From the NCBI GenBank assembly GCA_963761995.1, contig CAVXIU010000006.1, positions 3,681,684-3,745,683 on the forward strand: DNA of 64,000 nucleotides. Reading direction: 5' to 3'. Position numbers and translations under genes: made by a program. Positions within the stretch are counted from its first letter, which is position 1, and each line of letters opens with the position of its first letter. A model generated the notes under the pieces. That model was not told the origin of the DNA, searched no databases, and saw nothing but the letters and a program-made list of their open reading frames with translations. Shown piece by piece: positions 21,501-31,130 of the stretch. The stretch comes from an uncultured delta proteobacterium. Its GTDB lineage: Bacteria; Desulfobacterota; Binatia; UTPRO1.

Positions 21501-21855
21501 CATCGTCGAGGCGGAGCCACCCACGCACGGCGTCGGCGAGCGGCGCGAAGGTCGCCCCGCCGGCCGCTTCGCAGTGCGCGGTGAGCACCGTCGCGGCGGC
21601 GTCGAGACGGCGCGCCAGCTCGCCGATCAACCGCGACTTCCCGAGCCCGGGCGAGCCGAGCACGACCGCGAGCCGGGTGGCGGGAGCGCCGACGGCCGCA
21701 TCGTAGACGGCCTCGAGACGCGCCAGCTCGCCGTCGCGTCCGACGAACGGCGTCGTCGCCGCCCCCGCCGGCGGCTCGAGCGACACCACACGATACACCG
21801 CCACCGCCCCGGCGCGCCCCTTGAGCGTCACGCTGCCGAGCGGCTCGAGCGTCAC
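15559..21855 (-). CDS. Giant signalling protein body: STAND/AAA ATPase, a helical/TPR-like region and about 9 tandem NTF2/SnoaL-like domains. It is the C-terminal 2,098 aa of an adenylate/guanylate cyclase gene.
   Basis: Walker A ([10 protein letters not shown]) follows the tail of the cyclase domain ([15 protein letters not shown]). Repeated ~120-aa units carry the pattern W/F..A...DWDA...Y.PD...D.RR.... Confidence 0.8.
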   Translation of the reverse strand: MTLEPLGSVTLKGRAGAVAVYRVVSLEPPAGAATTPFVGRDGELARLEAVYDAAVGAPATRLAVVLGSPGLGKSRLIGELARRLDAAATVLTAHCEAAGGATFAPLADAVRGWLRLDDGAGADVLRSTLEAALPHAEADRARIVAGTTELLTGAPRSPEETFSVARRLLAALASVRPVVLVIDDLHWAEPLLIDLVEHLVQWGGGVPVFVLVGARPELRDARAALTTQGGLVADVLTLGGLDAGAATRLAASVIGAADLPAAVAAKVLATSEGNPLFVGELVRMLVHEGALLREGERWIVGAGLAALAMPPTIHALLAARIERLRAEERTVLERAAVVGRHFSRSAVAELLGDEADDLDARLEALRRGELVERDAGRFLGEPAWRFHHVLIRDAAYRRLLKGTRAELHARVADWVTARVGEAVEHDETIGWHFEQAHQHLRELGPLDDKGRLLGARAARHLAAAGRRALARDDVRLAAGLLGRAIERVEPNDPTRAGLALDWCEALLAAGEVGPAGAAIDELARFTADSARLRAWHACFTGQRTALTAPEGLTATVDAVAAAAETLTALGDATGEAKAHAVHAQALARLGQIGGAEAALDRALAAARRAGDRRRANAVLAGAPLAALWGPSPVTRASGRCLDVVRVLRITQGAPVVEAVALSCQGVLEALRGRTDAARHMIASARAMVEEIGITHRLLEIEVFAGRVDLLVGDARAAERSLRGAYEGLRDIGLGIDAARAGALLARALLALDRVPEAEAQSHESEALAGDDLQAAIAWRGVRAEALARRGEHAAAVALASTAVEIAAATDALLDHADARLALAAALRAAGRGGEADAEERRATELWEIKGATLLVERALRSTPREPGRDASARVPPPRRRVRPNAATASAERFAAARVTPDVDALGELLADDHVSVHHPTGTSWGRAEVLTLVGQIASARDLQFRSEPLATLGDALLLERETSSFTAFGDESFGPFGAVEREHLTLLEVDASGRLRRVELFAADHPGAAVARLYELYAELLPAGQARRRAAATARAVALTTLADDAAVRVLDLVRLEPGALLVRAMGEGTDRAGGGAFEVPRLVLRAFDGDGLLICNEVFDGDREAEALARFEALTAAPPRPVRRGVAPNAASATLCRFEAAFAAGDTAALAALFGDALEVVDHPNGASYGREGQLQSLARLRRMQDATLRVEPLATLGESLVLWRRRIHAAGTAGGRFDVGEYEREEIVGFEVDRDGCVRRIEIFAGDHLGDAVIRSYARHAELLPDESDRPRAMAVARSVAGIGARRPSLAGFAAALAPAVEFNDHRVLGLGAGRGVDALVGGARALFDLADDVVEVTDDVLRLEARALVRRATMSGKDRAGGGIFEVPYVSLWVFGDDGRVSHYEAFDADREAEALARLEALTGSALPEPFANAASRALREFERAWRARDWDGVRATYHPAHRMDDRRRLMRVEVAGDAFFANERMLFDDTASQWQGELLATRGERLALFRVRFTATVGGSGPMEVEALDLVEVDAAGRRTVLVVFDLDDRSAAYDELDARAEAFGAAPASDPLATVVTPTAATAFAERWQAAFNARDWDALRAGYAPDVKWEDRRRFFQLAGGLDLALSSMRERAEAGARVERRVMGTAGERVLVQRVLWSGGPADGRFEIEFLAVIEVDESERATAVIVFDPEDTRAAQREAWARWSAIDPVAAPWTAMVGTIADGFNAHDRAGLRALVSDDVVVEDHGRTGIARIEGAAACIDGITALWGRSPDHRLELGWFWPMIERHGVLLTLRRSAERDLLCLCTATGGRMTRLEMFELEDVDSALARLAELRPDPLRIPPNAATRAFDRWYEVAKAGDWEAVGALYAPGCTAEDRRQLMHMAVDREMSIANDRHIWESGVRPVRTVLATAGDRLSLQRMVWVAGNGGQTSEVECLEINEVDGEGRFIGNVIFDPHDRRAADAELFERSARSAFPPLVADTARAFRDRDHERMRAGMRADFVFDDHRRTGLGRIEGADAYLAALRALYDLSRDASVGMPLYYLAIEPHGHLCVAHTVGMLPEGGEFESVFVTLIWFPEGGRLAGVELFELEDLDAARARFAGLGAGGGS

Positions 21856-22432
21856 GCAGCGTCGCCACCAACCGCCGCGTCGCCTCGCCGATCAGCACGT
21901 CGCCGTCGCGTCCTTGCTCCTGCAGGCGTGCCGCCACGTTCACCGGGTCGCCGATCAGCTCGGTCGCGTCCTTCGCCACCACCTCGCCGGTGTTGACGGC
22001 GACGCGCAGCCCGGTGGCGCCGACCACGGCGCTCTCCGGCTCGGCCAGTGCGCGAAAGGCCTCTTGCATCGCGACCGCCGCCCGGACGGCGCGGATGGCG
22101 TCGTCCTCGGCGACGCGCGGCACCCCGAAGACGGCCATCACGCCGTCGCCGAGGAGCTTCGCAACGGCGCCGCCGTGCGCGGCGACGGCCGCGCCCATCG
22201 CCGCGTAGTAGCGCTCCATGAAGGCCCGCGCCGACTCGGCGTCGAGGCGCTCGTGCAGCGCCGTCGAGCCCACCAGGTCGGCGAAGACGATGGTGACGAC
22301 CTTGCGGCTCTCGACGGTCGCCGCGACACCCGTCGCCGGGCGGTCGCCGACCCGCGCCCCGCATTCGAGACAGAACTTGGCGCGCTCGGGATTGGCGTGG
22401 CCGCAGGCGCCGCAGGTCATGCCGTGCCCCAC
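21856..22432 (-). CDS. N-terminal zinc-ribbon plus class III nucleotidyl cyclase domain of the same gene, separated from the body by a +1 frameshift at ~21860.
   Basis: CGACGHANPERAKFCLECG zinc ribbon. Cyclase motifs IVFADLVGST and KLLGDGVMAVFG. The reading frame changes within gacgctgcgtgacgctcgag, an apparent 10-bp near-duplication. Confidence 0.6.
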
Positions 22433-22649
22433 ACCGCTGGCATGTCGTCAGGTCTATCCGGGAGGGGACCGTTGCGGCAACGAAGGCGAATGGTGGCGAA
22501 GGGGCCGGTCTCCGTGCCACGTATCCTGGCGCGTGACTCGCCCGTCTTGAAGGCTAGCGGAGAGCTCACATGCCCGAACTCGAGGCACCAGAACCCTGCA
22601 TGACGACTTGCGTATCGCGCGCGCGTCGTAGTCTCGGCGGCGTACCCGC

Positions 22650-23927
22650 TTACCCGGGTGCAATCTCCTCCAGCTCGCGGTGCGCGGTTTCCGGGAGCGC
22701 GAGCAAGGCGATCGGCACCAGCGCGAGCGGCAGCACCATCCAACTGATGGCGCTGCCGTGGCTGCCGGTGAGGGTGTAGAGCGGCCCCTCGAGCGCGAGG
22801 CCCGCGGCGGCGCCGACGGTGGCCGTCACCGCCCGGACGGCGGAGGCCGTGGCACGGTGCGCGGTGGGGAAGAGCTCGCTCCCGAGCGCGCTCAGCATCA
22901 CGTCGAGCCCGAGGTACGCGACCACCATGACGAGCCAACCGACGATGACCCACGGGCCGGCGCCGCGATAGAGCACGAGCGTGCCGGCGGCGGTGAGCAC
23001 GAGCGCGGCGAGCGCCATCGGCTTCCGCCCGATCCGGTCGCTGATGCGACCGACGCCGAGCTGGGCGGCGACGCTGAGGCCGCCGCCGACGAAGTAGAGG
23101 ACCGCGACCGTCGCGGGGCCGTAGCCGTGCGCCTCCTGCAGGAACTTCGACTGGAACGTGATCGCCGGCGCCGTCAGGACGTAGATCGGGAAGATCATGG
23201 CCACCAACGCCAGCACGCGGCCGGGATGCCGTTGCACCAGGGTCACGAGCGGCGCCAGCACGGGGGTGTCGGTGCGCGCATGGCTGGCCTGGTGATCGAG
23301 GAAGCGTCGGGTCTCGACGAGGCTCCGGCGGAGCCACGCCACGATCGCGAGCGGCACGCCGGCCGCGAGATAGAGGAGCCGCCAGCCGAGCGGCCCGTTG
23401 CCGACGAGCGCGAAGCTCACCGCGGCGAGGCCGTGGCCGACGCCGCCGAGCGCCGCCAGCACGCCGAGCCCGAAGCCGCGGCGCGCCGCGGCCAGCTCCT
23501 CCGCCACCACCACGATCGCGAGCGTGTCCTCGGCGGCGATGAAGACGCGCGCGAGCAGCTGGACGGCGATGAAACTGGTTGCGTCGGGCACGCCGGCGGT
23601 CGCCACGGTGCAGATCGTGAAGCCGACGATGGTCGCGAGCAGCAGGCGGCGGCGCCCGTAGCGGTCGGCGAGCACGCCGAGCGCGAGGGCCGGCAGCGAG
23701 CCCAGACGGATGACGGCGAGCATGGCCCCGACGCCGGTCTCGGCGATCCCGAGTGTGGCCTGGATCGCCGGCAGGGCCAGGGTGATGATCGCGAGGTCGT
23801 AGCCGTTGACGGCATTGGCGGTGCCGAGGAGAGCCAAGAGTCGCCACTCGCCGGCGGTCACGTCACGCGGCAGGAGGGCGCGCCACCCGTCGCGCCGCGG
23901 CTGGCTGGTCGAGCCGGCGCGCGTCAC
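22650..23927 (-). CDS. MFS transporter.
   Basis: Twelve predicted TM helices and the MFS motif GVLADRYGRRR. Its GTG start overlaps the rsmI stop as GTGA. Confidence 0.8.
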   Translation of the reverse strand: MTRAGSTSQPRRDGWRALLPRDVTAGEWRLLALLGTANAVNGYDLAIITLALPAIQATLGIAETGVGAMLAVIRLGSLPALALGVLADRYGRRRLLLATIVGFTICTVATAGVPDATSFIAVQLLARVFIAAEDTLAIVVVAEELAAARRGFGLGVLAALGGVGHGLAAVSFALVGNGPLGWRLLYLAAGVPLAIVAWLRRSLVETRRFLDHQASHARTDTPVLAPLVTLVQRHPGRVLALVAMIFPIYVLTAPAITFQSKFLQEAHGYGPATVAVLYFVGGGLSVAAQLGVGRISDRIGRKPMALAALVLTAAGTLVLYRGAGPWVIVGWLVMVVAYLGLDVMLSALGSELFPTAHRATASAVRAVTATVGAAAGLALEGPLYTLTGSHGSAISWMVLPLALVPIALLALPETAHRELEEIAPG

Positions 23928-24769
23928 TCGCGGGCGAGCCTGAGCGCAAGCCGATAGACGGCGCGGCGGGCAAGCCCGCGTTCGCGCACCAGGGCATCGA
24001 CGACGTCGCGGACGCTCTGACCGGCGGCGCGCCGGCGGTGGATCTCCGCCGCGAGCGCGGCGTCGTCGTCGAGGTCGCCCGCCGCCGGCTCCGGCTCGGG
24101 TCTGCCCGCGACGCCGATCACGATCTCGCCCTTGGTCGTCAGCCGATCGGCGCGCGCGGCGAGCGCCGTGAGGTCGTCCCGCACGATCTCCTCGTGGAGC
24201 TTGGTGAGCTCGCGCCCGAGCGCGGCCGGGCGCGGCCCGAAGGCCGCCGCCAAGTCGGCGAGCGCGGCCCCGAGCCGGCGGCCGCTCTCGAAGAAGACGA
24301 GCGTGCGGGGCTCGCCCGCGAGCTCCGCGAGCCGCCGGCGCCGTTCGGCGGCGCGGGCCGGCAGGAAGCCCTCGAAGACGAAGCGATCGGTCGGGAGGCC
24401 CGAGGCCGGGAGGAAGGCGGTGATCGCCGACGGTCCCGGGATCGGGACCACCGCCACACCGGCGGCGATGGCGCCCGCGACCAGGCGATACCCCGGGTCG
24501 GCGATCCCCGGGGTCCCGGCGTCCGAGACCAGCGCCACCGAGCGTCCGGCGACGAGCGCGGCGACGAGAGCGGGCGCCCGCTCGCTCTCGACGGCATCGT
24601 AGTAGCTCCGGAGCGGGCGGGAGATCCCGAGATGCTGGAGCAGGCGCCCGGTCCGCCGGGTGTCCTCGGCGGCGATGAGGTCGACCCGCTTCAGGGTCGC
24701 GACCGCTCGCGCCGTCAGGTCCTCCAGGTTCCCGATCGGGGTCGCCACCAGGTAGAGGGTTCCCGCCAT
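23924..24769 (-). CDS. rsmI: 16S rRNA (cytidine1402-2'-O)-methyltransferase.
   Basis: Tetrapyrrole-methylase fold with LYLVATPIGNLEDLT and AEDTRRT. Confidence 0.9.
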   Translation of the reverse strand: MAGTLYLVATPIGNLEDLTARAVATLKRVDLIAAEDTRRTGRLLQHLGISRPLRSYYDAVESERAPALVAALVAGRSVALVSDAGTPGIADPGYRLVAGAIAAGVAVVPIPGPSAITAFLPASGLPTDRFVFEGFLPARAAERRRRLAELAGEPRTLVFFESGRRLGAALADLAAAFGPRPAALGRELTKLHEEIVRDDLTALAARADRLTTKGEIVIGVAGRPEPEPAAGDLDDDAALAAEIHRRRAAGQSVRDVVDALVRERGLARRAVYRLALRLARE

Positions 24770-24910
24770 CCGACCCCGGCGTAGCTGTCACGGAACGCGG
24801 ATGGTCACAACCGGCGGGCCGCGGCGCGGGGCGCGCCCGAGACCCCCGTTTCGAGCTGACGCACCGCCCCAGCAGAACGCCAAAAACCCACGAGATGCAT
24901 GCGTTTTTCC

Positions 24911-24939
24911 TTGACACTTCGCATGCGGGTTGGAGATAA
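24911..24939 (+). promoter_or_regulatory. Candidate sigma70-like promoter upstream of the giant Cys-rich protein gene.
   Basis: TTGACA at 24911-24916 followed by an A/T-containing hexamer (gagataac) ~17 bp downstream. It is ~70 bp upstream of the RBS GGAGGTGAG and ATG 25008. Confidence 0.25.
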
Positions 24940-25007
24940 CCAGCCCCGCCGTACCCGCCGCGGTTCTGCGGCTCCAAACGTTCCCCTTACGCTGTCGGAG
25001 GTGAGTC

Positions 25008-28000
25008 ATGGTGGCCCCCACCCGCGTTCGCCGTAGCGCCACAGGCGCCCCACTCGTCGCCGTCGCCGTGGTCGCGGGCCTCCTACTCGCCGCCGGACCC
25101 GCCGCGGCCCAATCGATCTCCAGCACCTCCGTCAACACGGCCGGCAGCACCGGCAACTCGGGTGACGGCAACGGCTCGCGCCGCTCGTCGGTCGACACCC
25201 AGATCAACACCAGCACACAGTTCAAGACCCGCTTCGCCTGGAACATCAGCGCCGACGTCATCCCCGCGAGCACCCGCGACACCAACGGCACCGCACAGCA
25301 CAATCTCTCCTTCAACGTCACCGCCCCGGGCGGCTACCGCCTCGACGTCGGCCAGGACCGGGTCGGCATCGTGCAGCGCAACGCCGACATCAGCGGTTGC
25401 GACGGCGCCGCCGACATCTCCAGCTCGAACGGCAGTCAGAGCGGCGCCACCTTCCTCTCCGGCAGCCTGGACCTCGGCGATCCGGGCGGCATCTCGAACG
25501 GCGGGGGCGACTCCAACACGCCCTTCAACCAGTCCACCAGCGCGGCGTTCACCGGCAACAGCAACGGCGGCGCGGTCGGCCACTCGCTCTCCTTCAGCTG
25601 GACCGGCACCACCCGCAGCAACTCCTGCGAGGCCGCCGTCCGCCTCGGTGAAGAAAGCAGCGTAACCGACTGCGGGGCCTGCACCTATCCCGGGACCCCG
25701 AGCCGCACCCAGACCAGCGACGGCCACTTCGTGACCGTCACCCTGACCAACTACTGCGGCAACGGCACCGTCGACGACGTCGGCGTGGTGAACGAAGACT
25801 GCGATCCCCCCGGCGTGTGCTGCACCTCGAGCTGCAAGTTCGCCTCGAGCGCGACGCTCTGCCGCGGCTCGGCCGGCGTCTGCGACCCGCAGGAGACCTG
25901 CACCGGCTCGAGCGCGACCTGCCCCGGCAACACGTTCCTGTCGAGCGCCAACGTCTGCCGCAACTCGAGCGGCGTCTGCGACCCGGCGGAGAACTGCACC
26001 GGCTCGAGCGGGCCCTGCCCCGGCAACACCTTCCTGTCGAGCGCCAACGTCTGCCGTCCCACGGTCAGCATCTGCGACACCGCCGAGAACTGCACCGGCT
26101 CGAGCGGCCCCTGCCCCGGCGACGCCTTCGCCTCGAGCTCGACGCCGTGCCGCGCCTCCGGCGGCATCTGCGACGTCGTCGAGAACTGCACCGGGTCGAG
26201 CGCGGCCTGTCCCGGCAACGGCTTCGCGTCGAGCTCGACGCCCTGCCGGCCCTCGGTCGCCATCTGCGACGCCGCCGAGAACTGCACCGGCTCTGGCGCC
26301 GCGTGTCCGGGCGACGGCAAGAGCACCGCCGTCTGCCGGCCGGTGGGCGGCGTCTGCGACGTCGCCGAGAGCTGCGACGGCGTGAACAACGCCTGCCCCG
26401 CGAACGGCTTCGTGTCGGCCGCGACCGTCTGCCGCGGCGCCGGCGGGGTCTGCGACCTCGCCGAGAATTGCTCCGGCTCGAGCGCGGCCTGTCCCGGCGA
26501 TGCCAAGAGCTCGGCCGTCTGCCGGCCCTCGGGCGGCGTCTGCGACGTCGTCGAGAGCTGCGACGGATCGAACGACAACTGCCCCGGCGACGGCTTCCAG
26601 TCGAGCGCGACGGTCTGCCGTGGCTCCGGCGGCGTCTGCGACCTCGTCGAGAACTGCACGGGCTCGGGCGCGGCCTGTCCGGGCAACGACTTCGAGCCCG
26701 CGACCACCACCTGTCGAACGGCCGTGGACGTCTGCGACACGGTGGAGAGCTGCACCGGCTCGGGCGCGGGCTGTCCGTCCGACGCCGTCGAGCCCGTGAC
26801 GACCGTCTGCCGCGGCGCGGTCAGCAACTGCGACGTCGCCGAGAGCTGCGACGGCGCCGCCACCGCCTGTCCCGCCGAAGCGGTCGAGCCCAACACCACC
26901 GTCTGCCGCGCCGTCGCCGGCGTCTGCGACGTTGCCGAGAACTGCGACGGCACCACGACGGACTGCCCCACCGACGACTTCGAGCCCAGCACGACCGCGT
27001 GTCGCGGCTCGAGCGACGTCTGCGACGCCGCCGAGAGCTGCACCGGCTCGGCGGTGGACTGCCCGGCCGACGGCGTGCAGCCGAACACCACCGCGTGTCG
27101 CGCCTCGACCGGCATCTGCGACGTCGTGGAGAGCTGCGACGGCGTCACCAAGCCCTGTCCGGCCGATGCCGTGAAGCTCGCGACCGACGTCTGCCGGCCG
27201 GCCGCCAGCTCGTGCGACGCGGTCGAGAGCTGCACCGGGTCCGGCGTCAATTGCCCCGTCGACGCCTTCCTCGCCAGCAGCACGATCTGCCGGCCGACCG
27301 CCGGCCTCTGCGACGTCAGCGAGCATTGCACGGGGACGGGCCCGAACTGCCCGGGCAACTCGTTCGTGAGCTCCGCGACCGCGTGCCGCGCCTCGCTCGG
27401 CTCGTGTGATCCGGTCGAGAACTGCACCGGCTCGGCGGCCGCCTGCCCCGCCAACACGCTGACGCCGAACGGCACCGTCTGCCGCGTCGCGGCGGGCGTC
27501 TGCGACGTCGGCGAGGTCTGCAGCGGCTCCAGCCCGACGTGTCCCCCGGACGGCTTCGTATCCAGCTCTTCGCTTTGCCGCGGGCCGGCCGGCGTCTGCG
27601 ACGTCGCCGAGAACTGCACCGGCTCGAGCGCCCTCTGCCCCACCGATGGGTTCGCGCTCAACAGCCAGGTCTGCCGCGGCGCCGTCGGCGGCTGCGACGT
27701 CGTCGAGACCTGCACGGGGTCGGGCGTCGCCTGCCCGTCCGACGGCATCCAGCCCGCGGCGACGGTCTGCCGGCCGTCGGCCGGACCCTGCGACATCGTC
27801 GAGCAGTGCGGCGGCGGCGACGGCATGTGTCCGAGCGACACCTTCGAGCCGTCCTCGACGGTGTGCCGTCCGGACGCCGGCGACTGCGACGTCGGGGAGA
27901 GCTGCACGGGAACCGGCGTGGCCTGTCCTGCCGACGTGATCGAGCCCGACGGAACGACCTGCGACGACACCGAGAGCTGCACCGTCAGCGACATGTGCGT

Positions 28001-28652
28001 GGCCGGCGCCTGCACCGGCGAGTCGTCGATGTGCGGCGACGGCACGCATCAGGGCAGCTGCAACGAGGAGTGCGACGACGGCAACACCACGAGCGGCGAC
28101 GGCTGCTCGGCGACCTGTCAGCTCGAGTTCGGCTGCGAAGCGGGCCCCGAGGTCGGCTGCAAGCTTCCCACCGCGCCCAAGCAGGCGCAGTTCCAGATCT
28201 CGGACAAGAGCCCCGACAGCAAGGACCGCCTGCAGTTCAAGTGGAACAAGGGCGCCGCGACCACCCTCGCCGAGTTCGGCACGCCGCTCACCACCACCGA
28301 GTACGTGCTGTGCGTCTACGACGGCGGGGTGTTGAAGGCGAAGGCCAAGATCCCGCCCGGCGGCCTCTGCGCCGGGAAGCCGTGCTGGAAGGCGAAGTCG
28401 ACCGGCTTCCAGTACAAGGACAAGGACCTCACGCCGGAAGGCATCCAACAGGTCAACCTGAAGGCGGGCGTCGCCGGCAAGGCGAAGATCCAGGTGAAGG
28501 GACGGGGCGACAACCTGTTGACGCCGACCCTGCCCTTCGCACAGCCGGTGGTCGTGCAGCTGAAGAGCAGCGACGGGGTCTGCTGGAGCGCGACCTTCAA
28601 CGCGCCGGCCACCAAGAACATCAGCTCGGTCTTCAAGGACAAGACCGACTAA
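25008..28652 (+). CDS. Giant secreted cysteine-rich repeat protein: ~230-aa N-terminal domain, ~45 tandem ~40-aa four-Cys repeats, a Myxococcus-type CDDGN disulfide repeat and a ~150-aa C-terminal domain.
   Basis: Signal peptide. The repeat consensus is C(R)xxxGxCDxxExCTGxxxxCPxDxFxxSxTx. One CNEECDDGNTTSGDGCSATC module is present. 1,214 aa with no frameshift. Confidence 0.85.
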   Translation: MVAPTRVRRSATGAPLVAVAVVAGLLLAAGPAAAQSISSTSVNTAGSTGNSGDGNGSRRSSVDTQINTSTQFKTRFAWNISADVIPASTRDTNGTAQHNLSFNVTAPGGYRLDVGQDRVGIVQRNADISGCDGAADISSSNGSQSGATFLSGSLDLGDPGGISNGGGDSNTPFNQSTSAAFTGNSNGGAVGHSLSFSWTGTTRSNSCEAAVRLGEESSVTDCGACTYPGTPSRTQTSDGHFVTVTLTNYCGNGTVDDVGVVNEDCDPPGVCCTSSCKFASSATLCRGSAGVCDPQETCTGSSATCPGNTFLSSANVCRNSSGVCDPAENCTGSSGPCPGNTFLSSANVCRPTVSICDTAENCTGSSGPCPGDAFASSSTPCRASGGICDVVENCTGSSAACPGNGFASSSTPCRPSVAICDAAENCTGSGAACPGDGKSTAVCRPVGGVCDVAESCDGVNNACPANGFVSAATVCRGAGGVCDLAENCSGSSAACPGDAKSSAVCRPSGGVCDVVESCDGSNDNCPGDGFQSSATVCRGSGGVCDLVENCTGSGAACPGNDFEPATTTCRTAVDVCDTVESCTGSGAGCPSDAVEPVTTVCRGAVSNCDVAESCDGAATACPAEAVEPNTTVCRAVAGVCDVAENCDGTTTDCPTDDFEPSTTACRGSSDVCDAAESCTGSAVDCPADGVQPNTTACRASTGICDVVESCDGVTKPCPADAVKLATDVCRPAASSCDAVESCTGSGVNCPVDAFLASSTICRPTAGLCDVSEHCTGTGPNCPGNSFVSSATACRASLGSCDPVENCTGSAAACPANTLTPNGTVCRVAAGVCDVGEVCSGSSPTCPPDGFVSSSSLCRGPAGVCDVAENCTGSSALCPTDGFALNSQVCRGAVGGCDVVETCTGSGVACPSDGIQPAATVCRPSAGPCDIVEQCGGGDGMCPSDTFEPSSTVCRPDAGDCDVGESCTGTGVACPADVIEPDGTTCDDTESCTVSDMCVAGACTGESSMCGDGTHQGSCNEECDDGNTTSGDGCSATCQLEFGCEAGPEVGCKLPTAPKQAQFQISDKSPDSKDRLQFKWNKGAATTLAEFGTPLTTTEYVLCVYDGGVLKAKAKIPPGGLCAGKPCWKAKSTGFQYKDKDLTPEGIQQVNLKAGVAGKAKIQVKGRGDNLLTPTLPFAQPVVVQLKSSDGVCWSATFNAPATKNISSVFKDKTD
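25800..28020 (+). repeat. Tandem ~120-bp coding repeats (Cys-rich modules) inside the 25008-28652 gene.
   Basis: About 18 near-identical units in direct orientation. They are the source of long spurious antisense ORFs. Confidence 0.7.
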
Positions 28653-28659
28653 CAAATCG

Positions 28660-28810
28660 AGGGATCTCTCCCTCGCCCCGGACGGGCAAAGCCCGTCCGG
28701 GGCGAGCGCGAGCCGGCGAGTGCGAGATCGCAGACCGCCTTCGTACGACCCACTCCCGGCTCGCTCTCGCTCGGCCGCGCGCTCCGCGCGCGGAATTGCT
28801 GCTTGATTCC
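28660..28810. repeat. Structured intergenic element (three consecutive hairpins), copy 1 of 3. REP- or terminator-like.
   Basis: Hairpins gagggaTCTCtccctc, ccccggacgggCAAAgcccgtccgggg and ggccgcgcgcTCCgcgcgcgg. Stems differ from copies 2 and 3 by compensatory changes. Confidence 0.5.
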
Positions 28811-28860
28811 GTCTTCGTTTCGATTCACCACTAGCCGGCACGAATCGCGGCGAGCGACTG

Positions 28861-30882
28861 ATGGGTAAAAAAGCACGCGAGAAGCGCGAGCGTGGGGAGT
28901 CGCATTCCCCGCCGCTCGCGCGCTCCACGACCGAGTCCGGCCCGGCGCTCCGGCGGCCGGAGGAAACGCGCGCGGCGCGCGCGCGTGCGGGCCTCGAGTG
29001 GCCGGCCTGGCCGCCCACCGGCGAGCCCGTCGTCTGGCCGACGGTCGCGGTCGTGGTCGGCGTCGCCCTCCTCATCCGGGTGATCGCTCTCACCCTGATG
29101 ACGCGCACGCCCTACCTCCAGATCGACACCATCGATGCCAAGGGCTACCAGGTGTGGGCGGCGCAGATCCTGGCGGGCGACTGGCTGCCCGCGCGCCACT
29201 TCTACCAGTCACCGCTCTACGCCTATTACCTCGCGGGCGTGCAGGCCGCCTTCGGCTCCTCGCCCTGGCCGCCGCGCGTGATCCAGATCCTCCTCGGGAG
29301 CGCCAGCTGCGGCCTCTTGACGATCGTCGGCACCCGCCTCTTCGATCGCCGCGTCGGCCTCGTCGCCGGGCTCCTGCTCGCCACCTACGGTCCGATGGTC
29401 CTCGAAGAGACCTCGCTCGGCAAGACGGCACTGCTCATCTTCGGCGGCCTGCTCGGATTCGTCTGCTTCCTCCGCGCGCTCGACCGCCGCGAGGCGCGGC
29501 TCATGGCGGTCGCCGGCCTGATCTTCGGCGTCACCGTCATCGGCGTCGGCCAATGGCTCCTGGCACTCGTCGGCCTCGCCCTCTACCTCGCCTTCGATCG
29601 CGTGCTGTCGCGGCCGCTCGCGCCCCGCTTCGCGGTGCTCTTCCTCGCCGGGGCGCTCACGGCGCTGGCGCCGATCGTGGCCTGGAACAGCTGGTGGGGC
29701 GGCGGCTTCATGCTGACGAGCGGGGACGCCGGCCTGAACCTCTATCTCGGCAACAACCCCCTCACGACCGGTCTCACCGGGCGGCCGAAGGGGCTCCGCG
29801 ACATCCCCGAGTTCGAAGAGAGCGACTCCCGGCGCCTCGCCGAGCGCGACGCCGGCAAGACGCTCACGCCCGCCGGGGTGTCGCGGCACTGGACGCGGCG
29901 TGCGCTCGGCTGGGCGACGTCGCATCCGCTCGACTTCGCGGCCACCACCTGGCGGAAGATCACCGTCCTCTGGAACAGCTACGAGATCCCCGACAGCTAC
30001 CACTTCGCATTCATCCGCCAGCAGTACATCCCCTGGCTCTGGGCCGGCACCACCTTCGCCGTGGTCGGCCCGCTCGGCCTACTCGGCCTCGTGCTGGCGG
30101 CTCGGCACCGGCGCGCGCGTCCGTTGTACGTGCTCTGCCTCGGCTACCTCGGCGTGATCGCCCTCTTCTACGTGCGCTCGCGCTATCGGATGCCGGCGGT
30201 GCCGCTCCTGATGGTGTTCGCGGCGGTGACGATCGACTGGGCGATCCGCATACTGCCGCGCGACGATTGGCGGCCCGTTGCCGCGCTCGGCGCCGGCCTC
30301 GCCCTCATGGGCCTGTTCGTGAACCACTCCTACTGCGAGCCGGCGCGCGAGAACGCGCCGGCCATCTGTCTCGACGGCGACGTCTGGTTCGACAGCGAAT
30401 GGCAGAAGATCGCCGAATGGCACGAGCAACACGGCGAGCTCGGGACGGCGCTCGTCTACCTGCGTCGCGCCGCCGCCGGCGAGTCGCAACGCGGTCCCGG
30501 GCAGACCCAGCTCTGGATCGGCCGGCTCGAGCTCGCGCTGGCGCAGCGCGCCGGCGATCCGGCCGTCGCAGCGCCGCGACTCGCGGCCGCGATCCCGGCG
30601 CTCGAGCTCGCGGTGCAGCACGGCTACCACACGTACGAGGCGAAGACGTATCTGGCGACCGTCTACCAGCTCCGCGGACAGCCCGCGGAGGCGGTGGCGG
30701 CGAGCGACGCCGCCATCCGCGACCGCCCGCGCGATCCCGTCGTGGTGCTGTCCGCGCTCCGCACCCGCGCCGCCCTCGGCCGCTGCGACGACGCCCGCCG
30801 CCTGCGCGAGGATCTTCGCCGCCTCCGCCCCGAGGACCCGCAGGCCGACCAGATCGTCGCGAGCTGCCGGCCGTCGTCGTAG
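28861..30882 (+). CDS. GT39/PMT-like membrane glycosyltransferase (ArnT/dolichyl-phosphate-mannose-type) with a C-terminal TPR-like region.
   Basis: About 11 TM helices followed by helical repeats. 673 aa. Confidence 0.7.
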   Translation: MGKKAREKRERGESHSPPLARSTTESGPALRRPEETRAARARAGLEWPAWPPTGEPVVWPTVAVVVGVALLIRVIALTLMTRTPYLQIDTIDAKGYQVWAAQILAGDWLPARHFYQSPLYAYYLAGVQAAFGSSPWPPRVIQILLGSASCGLLTIVGTRLFDRRVGLVAGLLLATYGPMVLEETSLGKTALLIFGGLLGFVCFLRALDRREARLMAVAGLIFGVTVIGVGQWLLALVGLALYLAFDRVLSRPLAPRFAVLFLAGALTALAPIVAWNSWWGGGFMLTSGDAGLNLYLGNNPLTTGLTGRPKGLRDIPEFEESDSRRLAERDAGKTLTPAGVSRHWTRRALGWATSHPLDFAATTWRKITVLWNSYEIPDSYHFAFIRQQYIPWLWAGTTFAVVGPLGLLGLVLAARHRRARPLYVLCLGYLGVIALFYVRSRYRMPAVPLLMVFAAVTIDWAIRILPRDDWRPVAALGAGLALMGLFVNHSYCEPARENAPAICLDGDVWFDSEWQKIAEWHEQHGELGTALVYLRRAAAGESQRGPGQTQLWIGRLELALAQRAGDPAVAAPRLAAAIPALELAVQHGYHTYEAKTYLATVYQLRGQPAEAVAASDAAIRDRPRDPVVVLSALRTRAALGRCDDARRLREDLRRLRPEDPQADQIVASCRPSS

Positions 30883-30930
30883 CGGCGTTGCGTCGAGGTT
30901 TACGTCGCACGCTCTCACGTTCGTGACGGG

Positions 30931-31064
30931 CGTGGCGGGTGGGCGGGGGTCGTTTCTCCGCTCGTGGGCTTCCGGTCCCCAGCGCCTACGGCCCGCCGCA
31001 GCTTCGTTCGTCCTGCGGATGACGCGAGTTGCTACTCGCTCCGAAACGACCCCGCCCACCCGCC
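30931..31064. mobile_element. MITE-like palindromic element A with perfect 22-bp terminal inverted repeats.
   Basis: ggcgggtgggcgggggtcgtttc ... gaaacgaccccgcccacccgcc, flanking ~90 bp. Confidence 0.45.
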
Positions 31065-31130
31065 GACGACTACGCGACGTCACACGTTCGATGCCTGCAT
31101 CCGAGAGGCTTGGATCCGCGTCCGGCAGCG

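Noticed and set aside
24788-25321. A 177-aa minus-strand ORF in the rsmI/Cys-protein intergenic region.
   Set aside because: It overlaps the promoter, RBS and 5' end of the strongly supported 25008 gene. No features.
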